From a virus: a stretch of 64,000 nt of DNA. The notes beneath the pieces are model-generated. The model was not told the origin of the DNA, searched no databases, and worked only from the letters and a program-made list of their open reading frames with translations. The stretch is taken from IMG/VR virus record IMGVR_UViG_3300044912_000492, positions 11,524 through 75,523 of that record; one strand, given 5' to 3'. Below, piece after piece: positions 36,573-45,217 of this stretch (the stretch's first letter is position 1; each line of letters starts with the position of its first letter). The position numbers were made by a program, and so were the translations under genes.

Positions 36573-37025
36573 TTAATATTCAATGCGATCCGCAAGAGAT
36601 TCGTTTACTTCTTCCAAGTAAGCGGTAATCCACTCATCTCCATCAAAAGCATCATCAAAATCTTTCTGTGCTGATTCAACCAGTTCAATTACTTTGGGGC
36701 TATCGGACTCTTTAGCCCAAGACTCAACTTCTTTGCGATTACCGCCGTATTCGCAGTCTTGATCGGCTTCAAAAGCTAGAACGATTTGATTCCACTGAGA
36801 TGAAAGATGTAATTCATTCTCTCCAGCAAAATTATCAGCATGATCGCGGACTTGAACACCATCAGCGAAAAACTCAAATCCATCCAATACTCCACCATTC
36901 TCGAATTGACGCTGACCGTAACGGGCTTGTGAATCTGCGGTAAATTTACCGTCAATCAATTTAGCCCATATACCCCATGAAGAGTCGTATGAAATGTTGC
37001 TTGCGAGTTCTTGTAAAGTAGCCAT
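36573..37025 (-). CDS. strongly acidic hypothetical protein (150 aa)
   Basis: Dense D/E content throughout; early-operon position. Confidence 0.5.
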   Translation of the reverse strand: MATLQELASNISYDSSWGIWAKLIDGKFTADSQARYGQRQFENGGVLDGFEFFADGVQVRDHADNFAGENELHLSSQWNQIVLAFEADQDCEYGGNRKEVESWAKESDSPKVIELVESAQKDFDDAFDGDEWITAYLEEVNESLADRIEY

Positions 37026-37154
37026 TGTCTTAATCCCTTTTTGTTACTTGTGTTTGCGGCTTTCTCTCTCAGCCATGAATACATAATAAACCCTATCCCT
37101 TTGAATGTCAATTAATTCATAGAGATAGGGTTTAATCTTAATATTTAGTTACGA

Positions 37155-37406
37155 TTACTTTTTCTTTTTCAACCTACCACCCATAGCTTTAGGCGGCAAA
37201 TCATACATAAAGCTAGCTTGCGAAACAGTGAGATCTAACAACCATTCGCGATCACTGCAATGTGGGCAAGCTTTAAGCTCTCTAACTTCTTGCTGTGCTA
37301 GATCTATAGGAAGATCGCATTTTAGGCAAGTGACAAACTGGGTTTTACCTTTTCGCCTAGGTGCTTTTAGCTGTTCAAAATCAATGGTTAATTGGATTTT
37401 ACTCAC
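37155..37406 (-). CDS. zinc-ribbon protein (83 aa)
   Basis: 'CLKCDLP...(16 aa)...CPHCSD'. Confidence 0.5.
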   Translation of the reverse strand: MSKIQLTIDFEQLKAPRRKGKTQFVTCLKCDLPIDLAQQEVRELKACPHCSDREWLLDLTVSQASFMYDLPPKAMGGRLKKKK

Positions 37407-37675
37407 TGCCTTAACTCTTCCATCTCAAACTCATACGGCTTAATCTCTTCACTAATCTCACCTTGCGACGATCCGCCTTTAGCAAGGTAGTCAAATTGGC
37501 GCTCTGATACTGTCGCCTCTTGTGGTAATGCATACACCTTATTGGCAATGTATGCGTGTAAATGCGTGACGTGTGCATCAGCGTATCCCATTTCACGCAA
37601 AGCAAGAGCGATCGGTGAGTTTCTGGGGTACTTAGCGGCGGCTATGTGTGCGGCGGTGACGGTGACTTTGATCAT
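37403..37675 (-). CDS. hypothetical protein (90 aa)
   Basis: Coupled ORF. Confidence 0.45.
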   Translation of the reverse strand: MIKVTVTAAHIAAAKYPRNSPIALALREMGYADAHVTHLHAYIANKVYALPQEATVSERQFDYLAKGGSSQGEISEEIKPYEFEMEELRQ

Positions 37676-37860
37676 TAATCTTTTCTCCCAAAACTTTGAT
37701 AAGTTCTAATTGTGAAGCAAAGCCAAATTATAAAAGGTTCACCATAATTCCATTCGCAATACGGTTTAATTCGCCATCTTGATAAATGTAAATGGAACAA
37801 AATTGAAAAGCCGTCAATTGGTAATCCGTTGTATTTACCTTTTGGGAATTTCATACGCAA
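37675..37860 (-). CDS. hypothetical protein (61 aa)
   Basis: Coupled ORF. Confidence 0.35.
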   Translation of the reverse strand: MRMKFPKGKYNGLPIDGFSILFHLHLSRWRIKPYCEWNYGEPFIIWLCFTIRTYQSFGRKD

Positions 37861-38105
37861 TTTTTCAACCTCTTCTGTACTAATTGTTTATACGCTGCTT
37901 CTTTGCGCTCTTTCGCTGACATAGTAGCGATCGCAAAGTCTTCAATCTGAACGGGATTACCTAGGCTATCGACAATGCAAAACTCATCGTCTGGATGTTG
38001 CTTTTCTAGCCTTTGTTTTAGCTCTGCTAGTATCTGTAATCGAGTTGTCAGCGCTGATGCTATTGTTGTTTCCTTGTGGGTTCTTAAGATTCTGAATTGC
38101 TTCAC
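37851..38105 (-). CDS. hypothetical protein (84 aa), GTG start
   Basis: GGAG 4 nt upstream of GTG 38105; overlaps the 3' end of the 37984-38283 gene. Confidence 0.45.
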   Translation of the reverse strand: MKQFRILRTHKETTIASALTTRLQILAELKQRLEKQHPDDEFCIVDSLGNPVQIEDFAIATMSAKERKEAAYKQLVQKRLKNCV

Positions 38106-38283
38106 GTTTCTCCTGTACCTTGTTAATCAATTCTGTGAGTGTGACAACGCCCTCTTTACTTGTGAATACGTCGCGATACTCCCATGAGTCAGGCGATCGC
38201 AGTTGCCAGCCAACATAGAAGCAAGCGCGACGTATTAGGTCGGGGTTACTGTCTAGGGTTGTTAGTTGTTCTAGCTTCTCCAT
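37984..38283 (-). CDS. hypothetical protein (99 aa)
   Basis: ORF; the C-terminal ~40 aa are low-complexity and overlap the next gene. Confidence 0.4.
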   Translation of the reverse strand: MEKLEQLTTLDSNPDLIRRACFYVGWQLRSPDSWEYRDVFTSKEGVVTLTELINKVQEKREAIQNLKNPQGNNNSISADNSITDTSRAKTKARKATSRR

Positions 38284-38536
38284 TGATTAGCTCCTTTGCT
38301 CGATTAAAAACTGAGAGATAAAACGGATTACTACTAGATGGATTTTGCATTGTTTTTGCATCATCAACAGCTAGTAAGGCAATACCCATTATTTGAAAGT
38401 TGGAATTTTCTGGGATTCCCTCAGCGATTATATTTTGAGCCAAGCTATTGATTACTGATTCGGTTTCAGAGTTGAGTAAAAATTCAATAATCGGATCAAT
38501 GTTTTTATCCATGATTTTAATGTTAAGGCGACGCAA
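38246..38536 (-). CDS. hypothetical protein (96 aa)
   Basis: ORF only. Confidence 0.45.
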   Translation of the reverse strand: MRRLNIKIMDKNIDPIIEFLLNSETESVINSLAQNIIAEGIPENSNFQIMGIALLAVDDAKTMQNPSSSNPFYLSVFNRAKELINGEARTTNNPRQ

Positions 38537-38621
38537 TCGCGCCGCCTGTGTATGTGGGTTAGTAGCTAAAATGGAATTAGGTCATAGTCAATCGCGCCGC
38601 TACTTTGCGACGATTGACGGG

Positions 38622-39185
38622 CTAAAAATCCTCATCTACTACAGGTGTATCTGCACTTTCGCTTGTAGAGAAAGGATTAGCGCCCTCAAATAGCGCCAAA
38701 AGGTTTACAGGTGTATTTGCGCTAGCAATCGCCACATCTTCAGATAAGGGCTTAGGAGGCATTGCAATTACCTGATACTTAGTCTCAAGCGCTTTACCTG
38801 TGCGGGTTACCTTAAGCCCGTAGTTACGCAAATCGCCATACTCTTCATCCTTCCAGTAACCCCAAAGAGCATCACGGATCGAAGCTTGTGTAATCTCCCA
38901 AATCTCGACTTGATTGGTTGTGTAGTTCCACACCTTGAAAGCCCAGAAATGCTTTTGCTTGTCACCTTCACGGATATTTGGAGTAGACTCAAAACGCAAT
39001 TCGGATCGGACGCATTTATTGTCAGCAGTCCAGTAGCTGTAACCAACAATTGCTTCTGACAAAATACGAAGCTTTGCTGGTTCGCCTTCCTTAATTTTGG
39101 TGTAGCTACCGCCTTCAGAATTAGAAGCGGGTGGTTCGTAATTAGATGGAAACATGTTTTTTAGATCCTGCCTTAATAACGGCAA
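38622..39185 (-). CDS. ssDNA-binding protein (T7 gp2.5-like) candidate
   Basis: 187 aa; acidic C-terminal tail ending 'TPVVDEDF', comparable to the acidic, Phe-terminated tail of T7 gp2.5; replication-module context. Confidence 0.45.
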   Translation of the reverse strand: MPLLRQDLKNMFPSNYEPPASNSEGGSYTKIKEGEPAKLRILSEAIVGYSYWTADNKCVRSELRFESTPNIREGDKQKHFWAFKVWNYTTNQVEIWEITQASIRDALWGYWKDEEYGDLRNYGLKVTRTGKALETKYQVIAMPPKPLSEDVAIASANTPVNLLALFEGANPFSTSESADTPVVDEDF

Positions 39186-39261
39186 TAGGGATAATTGTTT
39201 TGCCTTGTTTTACACTCACGCTATGCAAGCAACCTACACTATCGCAGTAGGGGCGGGATGA

Positions 39262-39420
39262 TTAAGCGTAATACTTAGTGATACCGTCAAATGCTTCTTG
39301 GATTTCGGGATCAGCGATAAATTCAATCAGCAATTTATCAGCTTCAATATGTGCAATTTCGGGATCTATATCAGTATCTGATAAAGCTTCAAGCTTACTG
39401 ATTAGTTCTTGTTTAGTCAT
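39262..39420 (-). CDS. small acidic protein (52 aa)
   Basis: Start set at MTKQELISK (39420). Confidence 0.4.
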   Translation of the reverse strand: MTKQELISKLEALSDTDIDPEIAHIEADKLLIEFIADPEIQEAFDGITKYYA

Positions 39421-39427
39421 GATGCTT

Positions 39428-39541
39428 TTACCTGTGACTAGAGTTAATAATGATCGCCGCCGCAATGGGCGACAGGAACGCGATACACAGCAAATAGATT
39501 AGCTGTTGATGCAAGTGGTAGTAGTAATCAGATGGTGTCAT
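39428..39541 (-). CDS. small hydrophobic peptide (37 aa)
   Basis: Hand-translated 'MTPSDYYYHLHQQLIYLLCIAFLSPIAAAIIINSSHR'; weak. Confidence 0.25.
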   Translation of the reverse strand: MTPSDYYYHLHQQLIYLLCIAFLSPIAAAIIINSSHR

Positions 39542-39552
39542 TCTTTCCACCA

Positions 39553-39894
39553 TTACGCATTGATACGCTTGCTACATGTTAGATCTTTAGCTGTAGGCAG
39601 CCATTGATCGATTTCTGGTGGTAGTGAGTCTTCTTGAGTGGATTCCTTGGGTTCTGTAAATCCTTTTACCTCTAACGCTCTACGCTCAAATGATTTGATG
39701 GCGGCTTTAATCTCATCAGGTTTTGTGATGGCGATTGTGTTGGTTGAGTCTCCTGTCTTGACTGTGATGATGAATTGATCGGGTAATCTTAAATAACCTT
39801 CAATTACTAAGCCCCAATTTTCTACAAATACTTTTGGTGTGATTTGAATCATTGCCTTGTTAATAATGTTTGTGAGTTGAGCAGTTTTCGCCAT
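39553..39894 (-). CDS. hypothetical protein (113 aa)
   Basis: ORF only. Confidence 0.5.
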   Translation of the reverse strand: MAKTAQLTNIINKAMIQITPKVFVENWGLVIEGYLRLPDQFIITVKTGDSTNTIAITKPDEIKAAIKSFERRALEVKGFTEPKESTQEDSLPPEIDQWLPTAKDLTCSKRINA

Positions 39895-39908
39895 GCTCAG
39901 GGCATTGG

Positions 39909-40127
39909 TTAAACGTAATCCCTTGCTATATCGGTCATTGATTCTATATACGCCTCAATGATGCAAATCAAATTATCTGCCATTTCATAAGGAATATCAG
40001 CGACAGATTTAAAACCATGATTGCGACATATTTCTGACCTATATTTTTTTACGGAATCGCCATCAATTTGGCTAGCCCTTAATTTGAATTGCCAGTCTTC
40101 TAGTTTCATTAGATCAGCGCTCCACAT
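39909..40127 (-). CDS. hypothetical protein (72 aa)
   Basis: ORF only. Confidence 0.45.
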   Translation of the reverse strand: MWSADLMKLEDWQFKLRASQIDGDSVKKYRSEICRNHGFKSVADIPYEMADNLICIIEAYIESMTDIARDYV

Positions 40128-40675
40128 CTATATCTTGCTGACATCGCAAAGTTAGCAGCGCGATCGCTGTCACGATCCATCATGCGATCCATGCGTTGAC
40201 GTTCTAGACAAACATTAACCGACTCATCAGGATCGTAAAACCATGATGGCTCTTGAATCCTGACTGCCTTAGCGTAGTGACATTGTGGAATATCACGAAT
40301 TACAGCCGTAATTCTAGACTCCATAACAGGATCGTATTGAACCTCTAGCGCCGATTCAACATGAATGTCATGAGCGTTTTGATGGCGCTCTGCTTCGAGA
40401 TATGCACGCACATCAAACAACGCTAATCCACCGCCATACTGATTAGATGGAATCATTACCCCATCTCGAAGCAAACGAAACATGGGCTTTTTAGTTGTTC
40501 CCATGTTGATAATTTGATAGCCAAGACTAGCGGCTAATACTTCTACCTCATCAAAATCCACAACGGGGGCGCTGTATGGTGTAGCGCATTCGTGCGCTAC
40601 ATGAGCAGGTAGATTGTGTGGGTTGCGATTGTCGTAAACCGCGGTGACGGGAATAAAAAACTTGTCAGTGGTCAT
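40109..40675 (-). CDS. hypothetical protein (188 aa), first gene of the leftward early operon
   Basis: ORF only. Confidence 0.5.
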   Translation of the reverse strand: MTTDKFFIPVTAVYDNRNPHNLPAHVAHECATPYSAPVVDFDEVEVLAASLGYQIINMGTTKKPMFRLLRDGVMIPSNQYGGGLALFDVRAYLEAERHQNAHDIHVESALEVQYDPVMESRITAVIRDIPQCHYAKAVRIQEPSWFYDPDESVNVCLERQRMDRMMDRDSDRAANFAMSARYRCGALI

Positions 40676-40764
40676 TGCGCTTGCCTTGTTGCTTGTGTTT
40701 TATCTGTATGTGAAACAGTATAACATGAATAACTCAAAATAAAACATAAAAATAAATTTTCTTT

Positions 40765-40793
40765 TTGACTCAAAGTATGATACTTTGTAAATG
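40765..40793 (+). promoter_or_regulatory. candidate rightward promoter with a palindromic operator in the spacer
   Basis: TTGACT 40765-40770; the spacer caaagtat-g-atactttg (40771-40787) is a perfect 8-bp inverted repeat; weak -10 (gtaaat/taaatg). Confidence 0.35.
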
Positions 40794-40813
40794 TAGTAAT
40801 TAGTAAGGCATAC

Positions 40814-40981
40814 ATGGCTATTGAAACTAAACAAGTTATAACTGGTAATCGCAAAACCCTGTCTATTCAGGAAGAGGATCTGGAAACTTTAAAAAGGTTA
40901 AAGCAGGGCAAAGAGAGTCTTGCTGTTACATTTCATCGGATCGTGGAAGCTGCTGACTTGCAATCATCGGTAAAGAATTAG
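40814..40981 (+). CDS. small regulator-like protein (55 aa)
   Basis: Hand-translated 'MAIETKQVITGNRKTLSIQEEDLETLKRLKQGKESLAVTFHRIVEAADLQSSVKN' (RHH-like beta strand plus helices); followed by a strong terminator. Confidence 0.4.
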   Translation: MAIETKQVITGNRKTLSIQEEDLETLKRLKQGKESLAVTFHRIVEAADLQSSVKN

Positions 40982-41033
40982 GAGGTAAGGCATATGCACT
41001 CAGTAAAACGTGGTAGACCGTTTAAGCAAATAT

Positions 41034-41068
41034 AAAAAAAGCTGGTAGAGAATATCTACCAGCTTTTT
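41034..41068 (+). terminator. rho-independent terminator
   Basis: gctggtaga / tctaccagc stem, loop gaata, A-run before and T-run after. Confidence 0.7.
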
Positions 41069-41184
41069 GCTTTTAAGCACCTTTGGTTTGTTCGCTTCAA
41101 GCCTCAAATCCTTGCTAGTAAAACTTTTATGGATTCTTGTAAGTCATTCGTTTCAGGCTTTTTTCTTAAAACCTGGTTTTGCTT

Positions 41185-41388
41185 TTAAGCACTTTTGCTC
41201 TGCCAATCATGGCAATCATTAGCAGCGTAAAAGTTCGCTGTTTCCTGTGATGGGACTTCAGTGCAGAGATTGCGTGAGTTGAATCTGCAATTCTCGCAGC
41301 TACGGCGCGATCGCCTGTCTTGTGTGGCTGCAAGTAGCTCTGCGAACTGTGTCTGTATCTGATATTCGGTAGGTTGTGTTAATCGCAT
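41185..41388 (-). CDS. hypothetical Cys-containing protein (67 aa)
   Basis: ORF only. Confidence 0.4.
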   Translation of the reverse strand: MRLTQPTEYQIQTQFAELLAATQDRRSRRSCENCRFNSRNLCTEVPSQETANFYAANDCHDWQSKSA

Positions 41389-41452
41389 GTTTTATTTTTT
41401 ATATTAAAAGCTATACTAAAAGAGCCTTGTTAACTTTGTTACTTTCTGAACT

Positions 41453-41491
41453 AAAGGCGGATCGCACCACTCTACAGCGATCCGCCTTTTT
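41453..41491. terminator. terminator hairpin built on a HIP1 site
   Basis: aaaggcggatcgc / gcgatccgccttt, 13-bp stem, T-run on the plus strand; lies directly after the 41491-41763 gene. Confidence 0.6.
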
Positions 41492-41763
41492 TATTGCTGA
41501 TCTTTTTGCTCTATATCGTAATCGCGATCCGATTCTAATCGCGCCTCAATGCCGCTTACTTGTTGCTCTAATTTGGTGACGCGGCTATTTAGTCTATCCC
41601 AAATATGTATAGGCATTTGCAATCTTAGAGACTCATTAATTAGCTTGGTAATGTCGATATCTTCACCATTAGCTTTTCGCGCCGCTACGCATTGGATAAG
41701 TGCGCTGTAGATATCATCATCAATACGGATAGATCGGGGCGTTCCTGCCATAAGGTTACTCAA
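41491..41763 (-). CDS. ribbon-helix-helix regulator with coiled-coil C-terminus (repressor candidate)
   Basis: 'GTPRSIRIDDDIYSALIQCVAARK' RHH pattern; C-terminal 'VTKLEQQVSGIEARLE'. Confidence 0.55.
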   Translation of the reverse strand: MSNLMAGTPRSIRIDDDIYSALIQCVAARKANGEDIDITKLINESLRLQMPIHIWDRLNSRVTKLEQQVSGIEARLESDRDYDIEQKDQQ

Positions 41764-41784
41764 AAATAATATTTAGCATAACAC

Positions 41785-41814
41785 TTGACAGTATTTACTA
41801 CAGACCTGTAGTAT
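41785..41814 (+). promoter_or_regulatory. candidate rightward promoter TTGACA-18 nt-TAGTAT with an overlapping operator palindrome
   Basis: TTGACA 41785-41790; TAGTAT 41809-41814; inverted repeat tactacag-ac-ctgtagta at 41796-41813. Confidence 0.5.
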
Positions 41815-41881
41815 TTTGTTAATGTCTCATCAGACATCCAATGGACATCCCATCAGACACTAGCGTTAAGGAGGTAAAACA

Positions 41882-42109
41882 ATTGAAATAGAGCAGTCTT
41901 TAAGGGCTTGGGCGGATTATTTTGGCATACCTTTTGGGACTTTTAAGAACAGAGCTAGCCAAATAAAAATCAAAGCCCCATTTACTGAATCAAAAGCAAG
42001 ACTAATAGCGGCTCACGCTGCTGGCAAAGCTTTAAAAGCCAGAGGTTTTACAGCCTTAGCAGGAAAGAAAAATTACACAAATATTATGGAGAAACTAACA
42101 AGTGACTGA
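41882..42109 (+). CDS. HTH-like protein (75 aa) with probable non-canonical ATT start
   Basis: 76-codon open frame with no ATG/GTG/TTG near its 5' end; AAGGAGG 7 nt upstream of ATT 41882; 'SLRAWADYFGIPFGTFKNRAS' is HTH-like; the 3' end overlaps the GTG start of the next gene. Confidence 0.35.
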   Translation: MEIEQSLRAWADYFGIPFGTFKNRASQIKIKAPFTESKARLIAAHAAGKALKARGFTALAGKKNYTNIMEKLTSD

Positions 42110-42470
42110 TCAAGAAAAAGAAGTGATGAGACAAGCGCAATCTAACGCTCCTAGTACAGCACCTAAATCAGACAAGAAAAGCAAAAACACTAAGAGCGTG
42201 TCTTTAACTGCTGATGAACTAAAGCAACAAACATCAGAACAGATCGGGGCTTTGGCTACATCGGTTACTAATCCCATGATGGCGGCTGTAAAAAAGACGG
42301 CATCACAAAAAATCATGCTTGAAACAGTTCAGTCCATGCCTGATATTTTGGCGGATGCTAACGCAGGGTTAGAGGATTTTTTCGGTTCCTTCGAGCCAGA
42401 GACGCTGGCTTTCGATTTGACGATGAACCAATTACCCCAATCAGCACAACTTCAACTCAAGGCGGCGTAA
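42102..42470 (+). CDS. hypothetical protein (122 aa)
   Basis: GTG start; first of a rightward cluster. Confidence 0.5.
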   Translation: MTDQEKEVMRQAQSNAPSTAPKSDKKSKNTKSVSLTADELKQQTSEQIGALATSVTNPMMAAVKKTASQKIMLETVQSMPDILADANAGLEDFFGSFEPETLAFDLTMNQLPQSAQLQLKAA

Positions 42471-42475
42471 ACACC

Positions 42476-43180
42476 ATGTACGAAGTACCCACTGACACTA
42501 TTGTTGATTCTCAACAATTCACCGCACAACCAAATACAGCAGCCCCTATTGTTGCGATTAATCACGGTGGTGAAGTTAATCAATATCAGTGGGTAAGCCC
42601 TCGCAATATCGCTTTGATTGCTGGTGGATTGGTTGTGTTAGTCATTGGCGCGATCGCCATGCGTAGCACTGCGATAACTACTGATCAAGTGATTAAGGTT
42701 GAGCCGTTAGCTCAACCTACCGTAAAAGCCGAAGAAGTCAATAAAGCCATTCTTGAAAGAAGTATCGAAGATTTAAACACATTAATCTTTTTGACTAACG
42801 AAAGACTAGCAAAAGATAAGCCAGCGCTTCAAAACGAACGAGCGAAAGAGATTACTGCATGGGGTAACAAACTAGTTACCGACAGAAACAGTAGTTGCTA
42901 TAAAAGCGTTTATCAGCGCAAATGCTTTATTAGTATTTTCCTTAAAGAGCAAATTGAGCGATATAAAGACGCTTACCGTTCTCGCAAATGGGAAGAAGCA
43001 AACAAAGCTTTGTTCCAGATTGAATCAGCGAGAATTGCTTGGGTTGGATCTGGTGATCTTCCTTTGGATGGTGACGCAACTGTTTCAGCAATACGGAATG
43101 AACTTGAAAGACGAATTGAAGTTGAGCAACAAAGCGACAACGCGATCGCCGCCGAAATGTTTGGAGGTAAGCAACAGTGA
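42476..43180 (+). CDS. membrane-anchored protein (234 aa, one TM)
   Basis: Hydrophobic segment 'IALIAGGLVVLVIGAIAM'. Confidence 0.55.
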   Translation: MYEVPTDTIVDSQQFTAQPNTAAPIVAINHGGEVNQYQWVSPRNIALIAGGLVVLVIGAIAMRSTAITTDQVIKVEPLAQPTVKAEEVNKAILERSIEDLNTLIFLTNERLAKDKPALQNERAKEITAWGNKLVTDRNSSCYKSVYQRKCFISIFLKEQIERYKDAYRSRKWEEANKALFQIESARIAWVGSGDLPLDGDATVSAIRNELERRIEVEQQSDNAIAAEMFGGKQQ

Positions 43181-44235
43181 AAGCTTTACCTTACGCTCTG
43201 AGCTTTGTCTCTAACTGTATTGCTACTGCACTCTTGGCTAATCCTATGCCCTATGTGGTGCAAAATCAGGCTGAGATAGGGCTAGTATTACAGAAATATG
43301 CAATCGACAAGGAGGGCTTAGAGCTTAATTATCGCAGCTATAACAATCCTGTGGCGATGGGAATAACTGGAGCGATCGCGTTAGTTTCTTTTGGTTTTAT
43401 GGTCAAAGAGCTTAGCGATAAGCCATTGATTCAAATGCCTACACAGTCAGCACAAAGCACTCAAGCGCCGCAATTTGTGAATAATGTTAATGTTCGCAAT
43501 GTTGCTGTTAGCCGTCCTAGTCAAGAGCGCACTCAATCAAAGCAAGAATACACGCCTGATTTGGTTCCAACAGATAGCGATCCATATGCATGGATGGAAA
43601 CATTGCATGAAGTGAATTGCTTACTGATTTATGGTGAACAAGGCGCTGGTAAAACAACCTATGTTGAGTATGAAGTGAAATGCAGAAAAGAGCTAAGACA
43701 TCAGATCTTAGTACTTGATCCTCATCGTGAATATGGCGCTTGGGACGGATTGGAAGTGGTTGGCGACGGCATGAATTATCAAGCAATTGATGATGAGCTT
43801 GGCAATATTAACGCCTTGATTAAAAGTCGTTATGAGCAACGCGCTACCATTCCAAACTTTAACCCTCAACCAATGACAATCATTTGCGAAGAGTTCACAA
43901 AATGGAGTGCTAAATGCCCTAATTCAGATGATTTCTTTTCAGCCTCTTTGTCGGATTGCCGAAAAGTTAGAGTTCATGTTGTGTATGTTGCACACGCCCG
44001 AACAATGGGAGCTTTAACCAAAAAAGTAGGCATGTCTGCAATGTTTGAAAATGGCTCTACCAAGTTAGAAATCTTAGGCAAAAAGAATGAACTTGGCAAA
44101 ACTATCCCTAGCGGTTTTGCTGACTTGTACGATTCAAGAGATAGCAAACCCAAACGAGTTGCTATTCCAGATTTATCAAAATCTGAACCGCTACCAGAAA
44201 ACGTAATCGATTTAAACAAAAGGAGAACTGCATAA
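43177..44235 (+). CDS. membrane-anchored P-loop ATPase (FtsK/HerA/VirB4-superfamily-like)
   Basis: Two N-terminal hydrophobic segments; Walker A 'GEQGAGKTT'; 'VLDPHREYG' resembles the HerA/DUF87 DPHGEY motif; Walker B-like 'TIICEEF'. Confidence 0.6.
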   Translation: MKALPYALSFVSNCIATALLANPMPYVVQNQAEIGLVLQKYAIDKEGLELNYRSYNNPVAMGITGAIALVSFGFMVKELSDKPLIQMPTQSAQSTQAPQFVNNVNVRNVAVSRPSQERTQSKQEYTPDLVPTDSDPYAWMETLHEVNCLLIYGEQGAGKTTYVEYEVKCRKELRHQILVLDPHREYGAWDGLEVVGDGMNYQAIDDELGNINALIKSRYEQRATIPNFNPQPMTIICEEFTKWSAKCPNSDDFFSASLSDCRKVRVHVVYVAHARTMGALTKKVGMSAMFENGSTKLEILGKKNELGKTIPSGFADLYDSRDSKPKRVAIPDLSKSEPLPENVIDLNKRRTA

Positions 44236-44705
44236 TGAGCAACCTTACACGCTACGCAAACCAAGCAAAAAATACCCGTGATATTGATCGTGATGGCGAC
44301 GGGCAAATTGACGGATTTAACTCGCACGATCGCCCTCGCTATAACATCGATTGCAATACAAGATCGTCTATCTGGGTTTGGTTTAAGTCTGGATTTAAGC
44401 TGGCTTGGTTTTACCCTATAAGCTTTACAATGTTTTGCCTTTGCATGTGGTTTGTAGTCCGTCCTATCTTATTTACAGCGCCCGTCGCATTACTCAGAAA
44501 TAACCCCAAGCAGCTTACAACGGCTGAAGCTGGCGGCGAACTTAACGCGCTTACTAATAATGTAGTTGTTGGAGTTCGAGGCTTTGCTGGTACTTCACTG
44601 GAAGCTGTACAAGAGTCCCAAATCAAAGCTAATACTGAGAACAGTGATCGCCGCCCTGCCGAAAGCTTGATTCCTAAAGCTAAAGTAACCTTTGTAGATA
44701 ACTAA
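44235..44705 (+). CDS. membrane protein (156 aa)
   Basis: 'LAWFYPISFTMFCLCMWFVVRPILFTAPVAL'. Confidence 0.5.
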   Translation: MSNLTRYANQAKNTRDIDRDGDGQIDGFNSHDRPRYNIDCNTRSSIWVWFKSGFKLAWFYPISFTMFCLCMWFVVRPILFTAPVALLRNNPKQLTTAEAGGELNALTNNVVVGVRGFAGTSLEAVQESQIKANTENSDRRPAESLIPKAKVTFVDN

Positions 44706-44710
44706 ACGAT

Positions 44711-45217
44711 ATGCGTAAATCAGCATTTCTCACTACAGGCGGATTTATTTTGTCTGTAGTGATTTTTTTAGGAGATATGACTAAGCAAGGCTATTGGGCT
44801 TTTACCGATGCAAACGACATTAAAAAAGCGCTTCCTACCTTTAACTCACAGCAATTCGCACAGCTACTCACAGGCAACGATCAAGGGTGCTTAATTAAGG
44901 GCGCACAGACTCAAAAAGTAACTCGTAGCCAAATCAACACACTACGAAAACTAACAGACTTAGAACAAGCTAAAAACCTACTAGGAAATGCGTATTGTCA
45001 AACAGCCACAGGGCTTGTGTACCTAACAGAATCAGGAAAAAGATTAACGGTAAGAATAGATAAGGCATTGGATTATGACTTTGATTCAGAATCGAAATCG
45101 CTCACCAACAAAGAGCGCTCACCCTCAAAAACAGATGGAAGCGCTGATTACTTACTGCACAGAAGATTATCAACACCAAGTCCTAAGCCAGAAAGAAAAC
45201 CAACTCAAAACCAATAA
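44711..45217 (+). CDS. exported/membrane-anchored protein (168 aa)
   Basis: N-terminal 'SAFLTTGGFILSVVIFLG'. Confidence 0.5.
   Translation: MRKSAFLTTGGFILSVVIFLGDMTKQGYWAFTDANDIKKALPTFNSQQFAQLLTGNDQGCLIKGAQTQKVTRSQINTLRKLTDLEQAKNLLGNAYCQTATGLVYLTESGKRLTVRIDKALDYDFDSESKSLTNKERSPSKTDGSADYLLHRRLSTPSPKPERKPTQNQ

Noticed and set aside
37851-38283. The 122-nt overlap of two minus-strand ORFs as a programmed frameshift
   Set aside because: The downstream ORF has its own GGAG plus GTG start at 38105 and a stop 7 codons upstream in its frame. No slippery heptamer was seen, so it is more likely a simple gene overlap.
40672-40854. 60-aa minus-strand ORF upstream of the early operon
   Set aside because: It spans the promoter/operator region and the start of a better-supported plus-strand gene. 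It has no RBS and an odd composition, and is likely spurious.
40994-41032. 12-aa ORF 'MHSVKRGRPFKQI' with an AT-hook-like RGRP core and a GGAGG RBS
   Set aside because: It is too short to support. It may simply be leader sequence before the terminator at 41034-41068.
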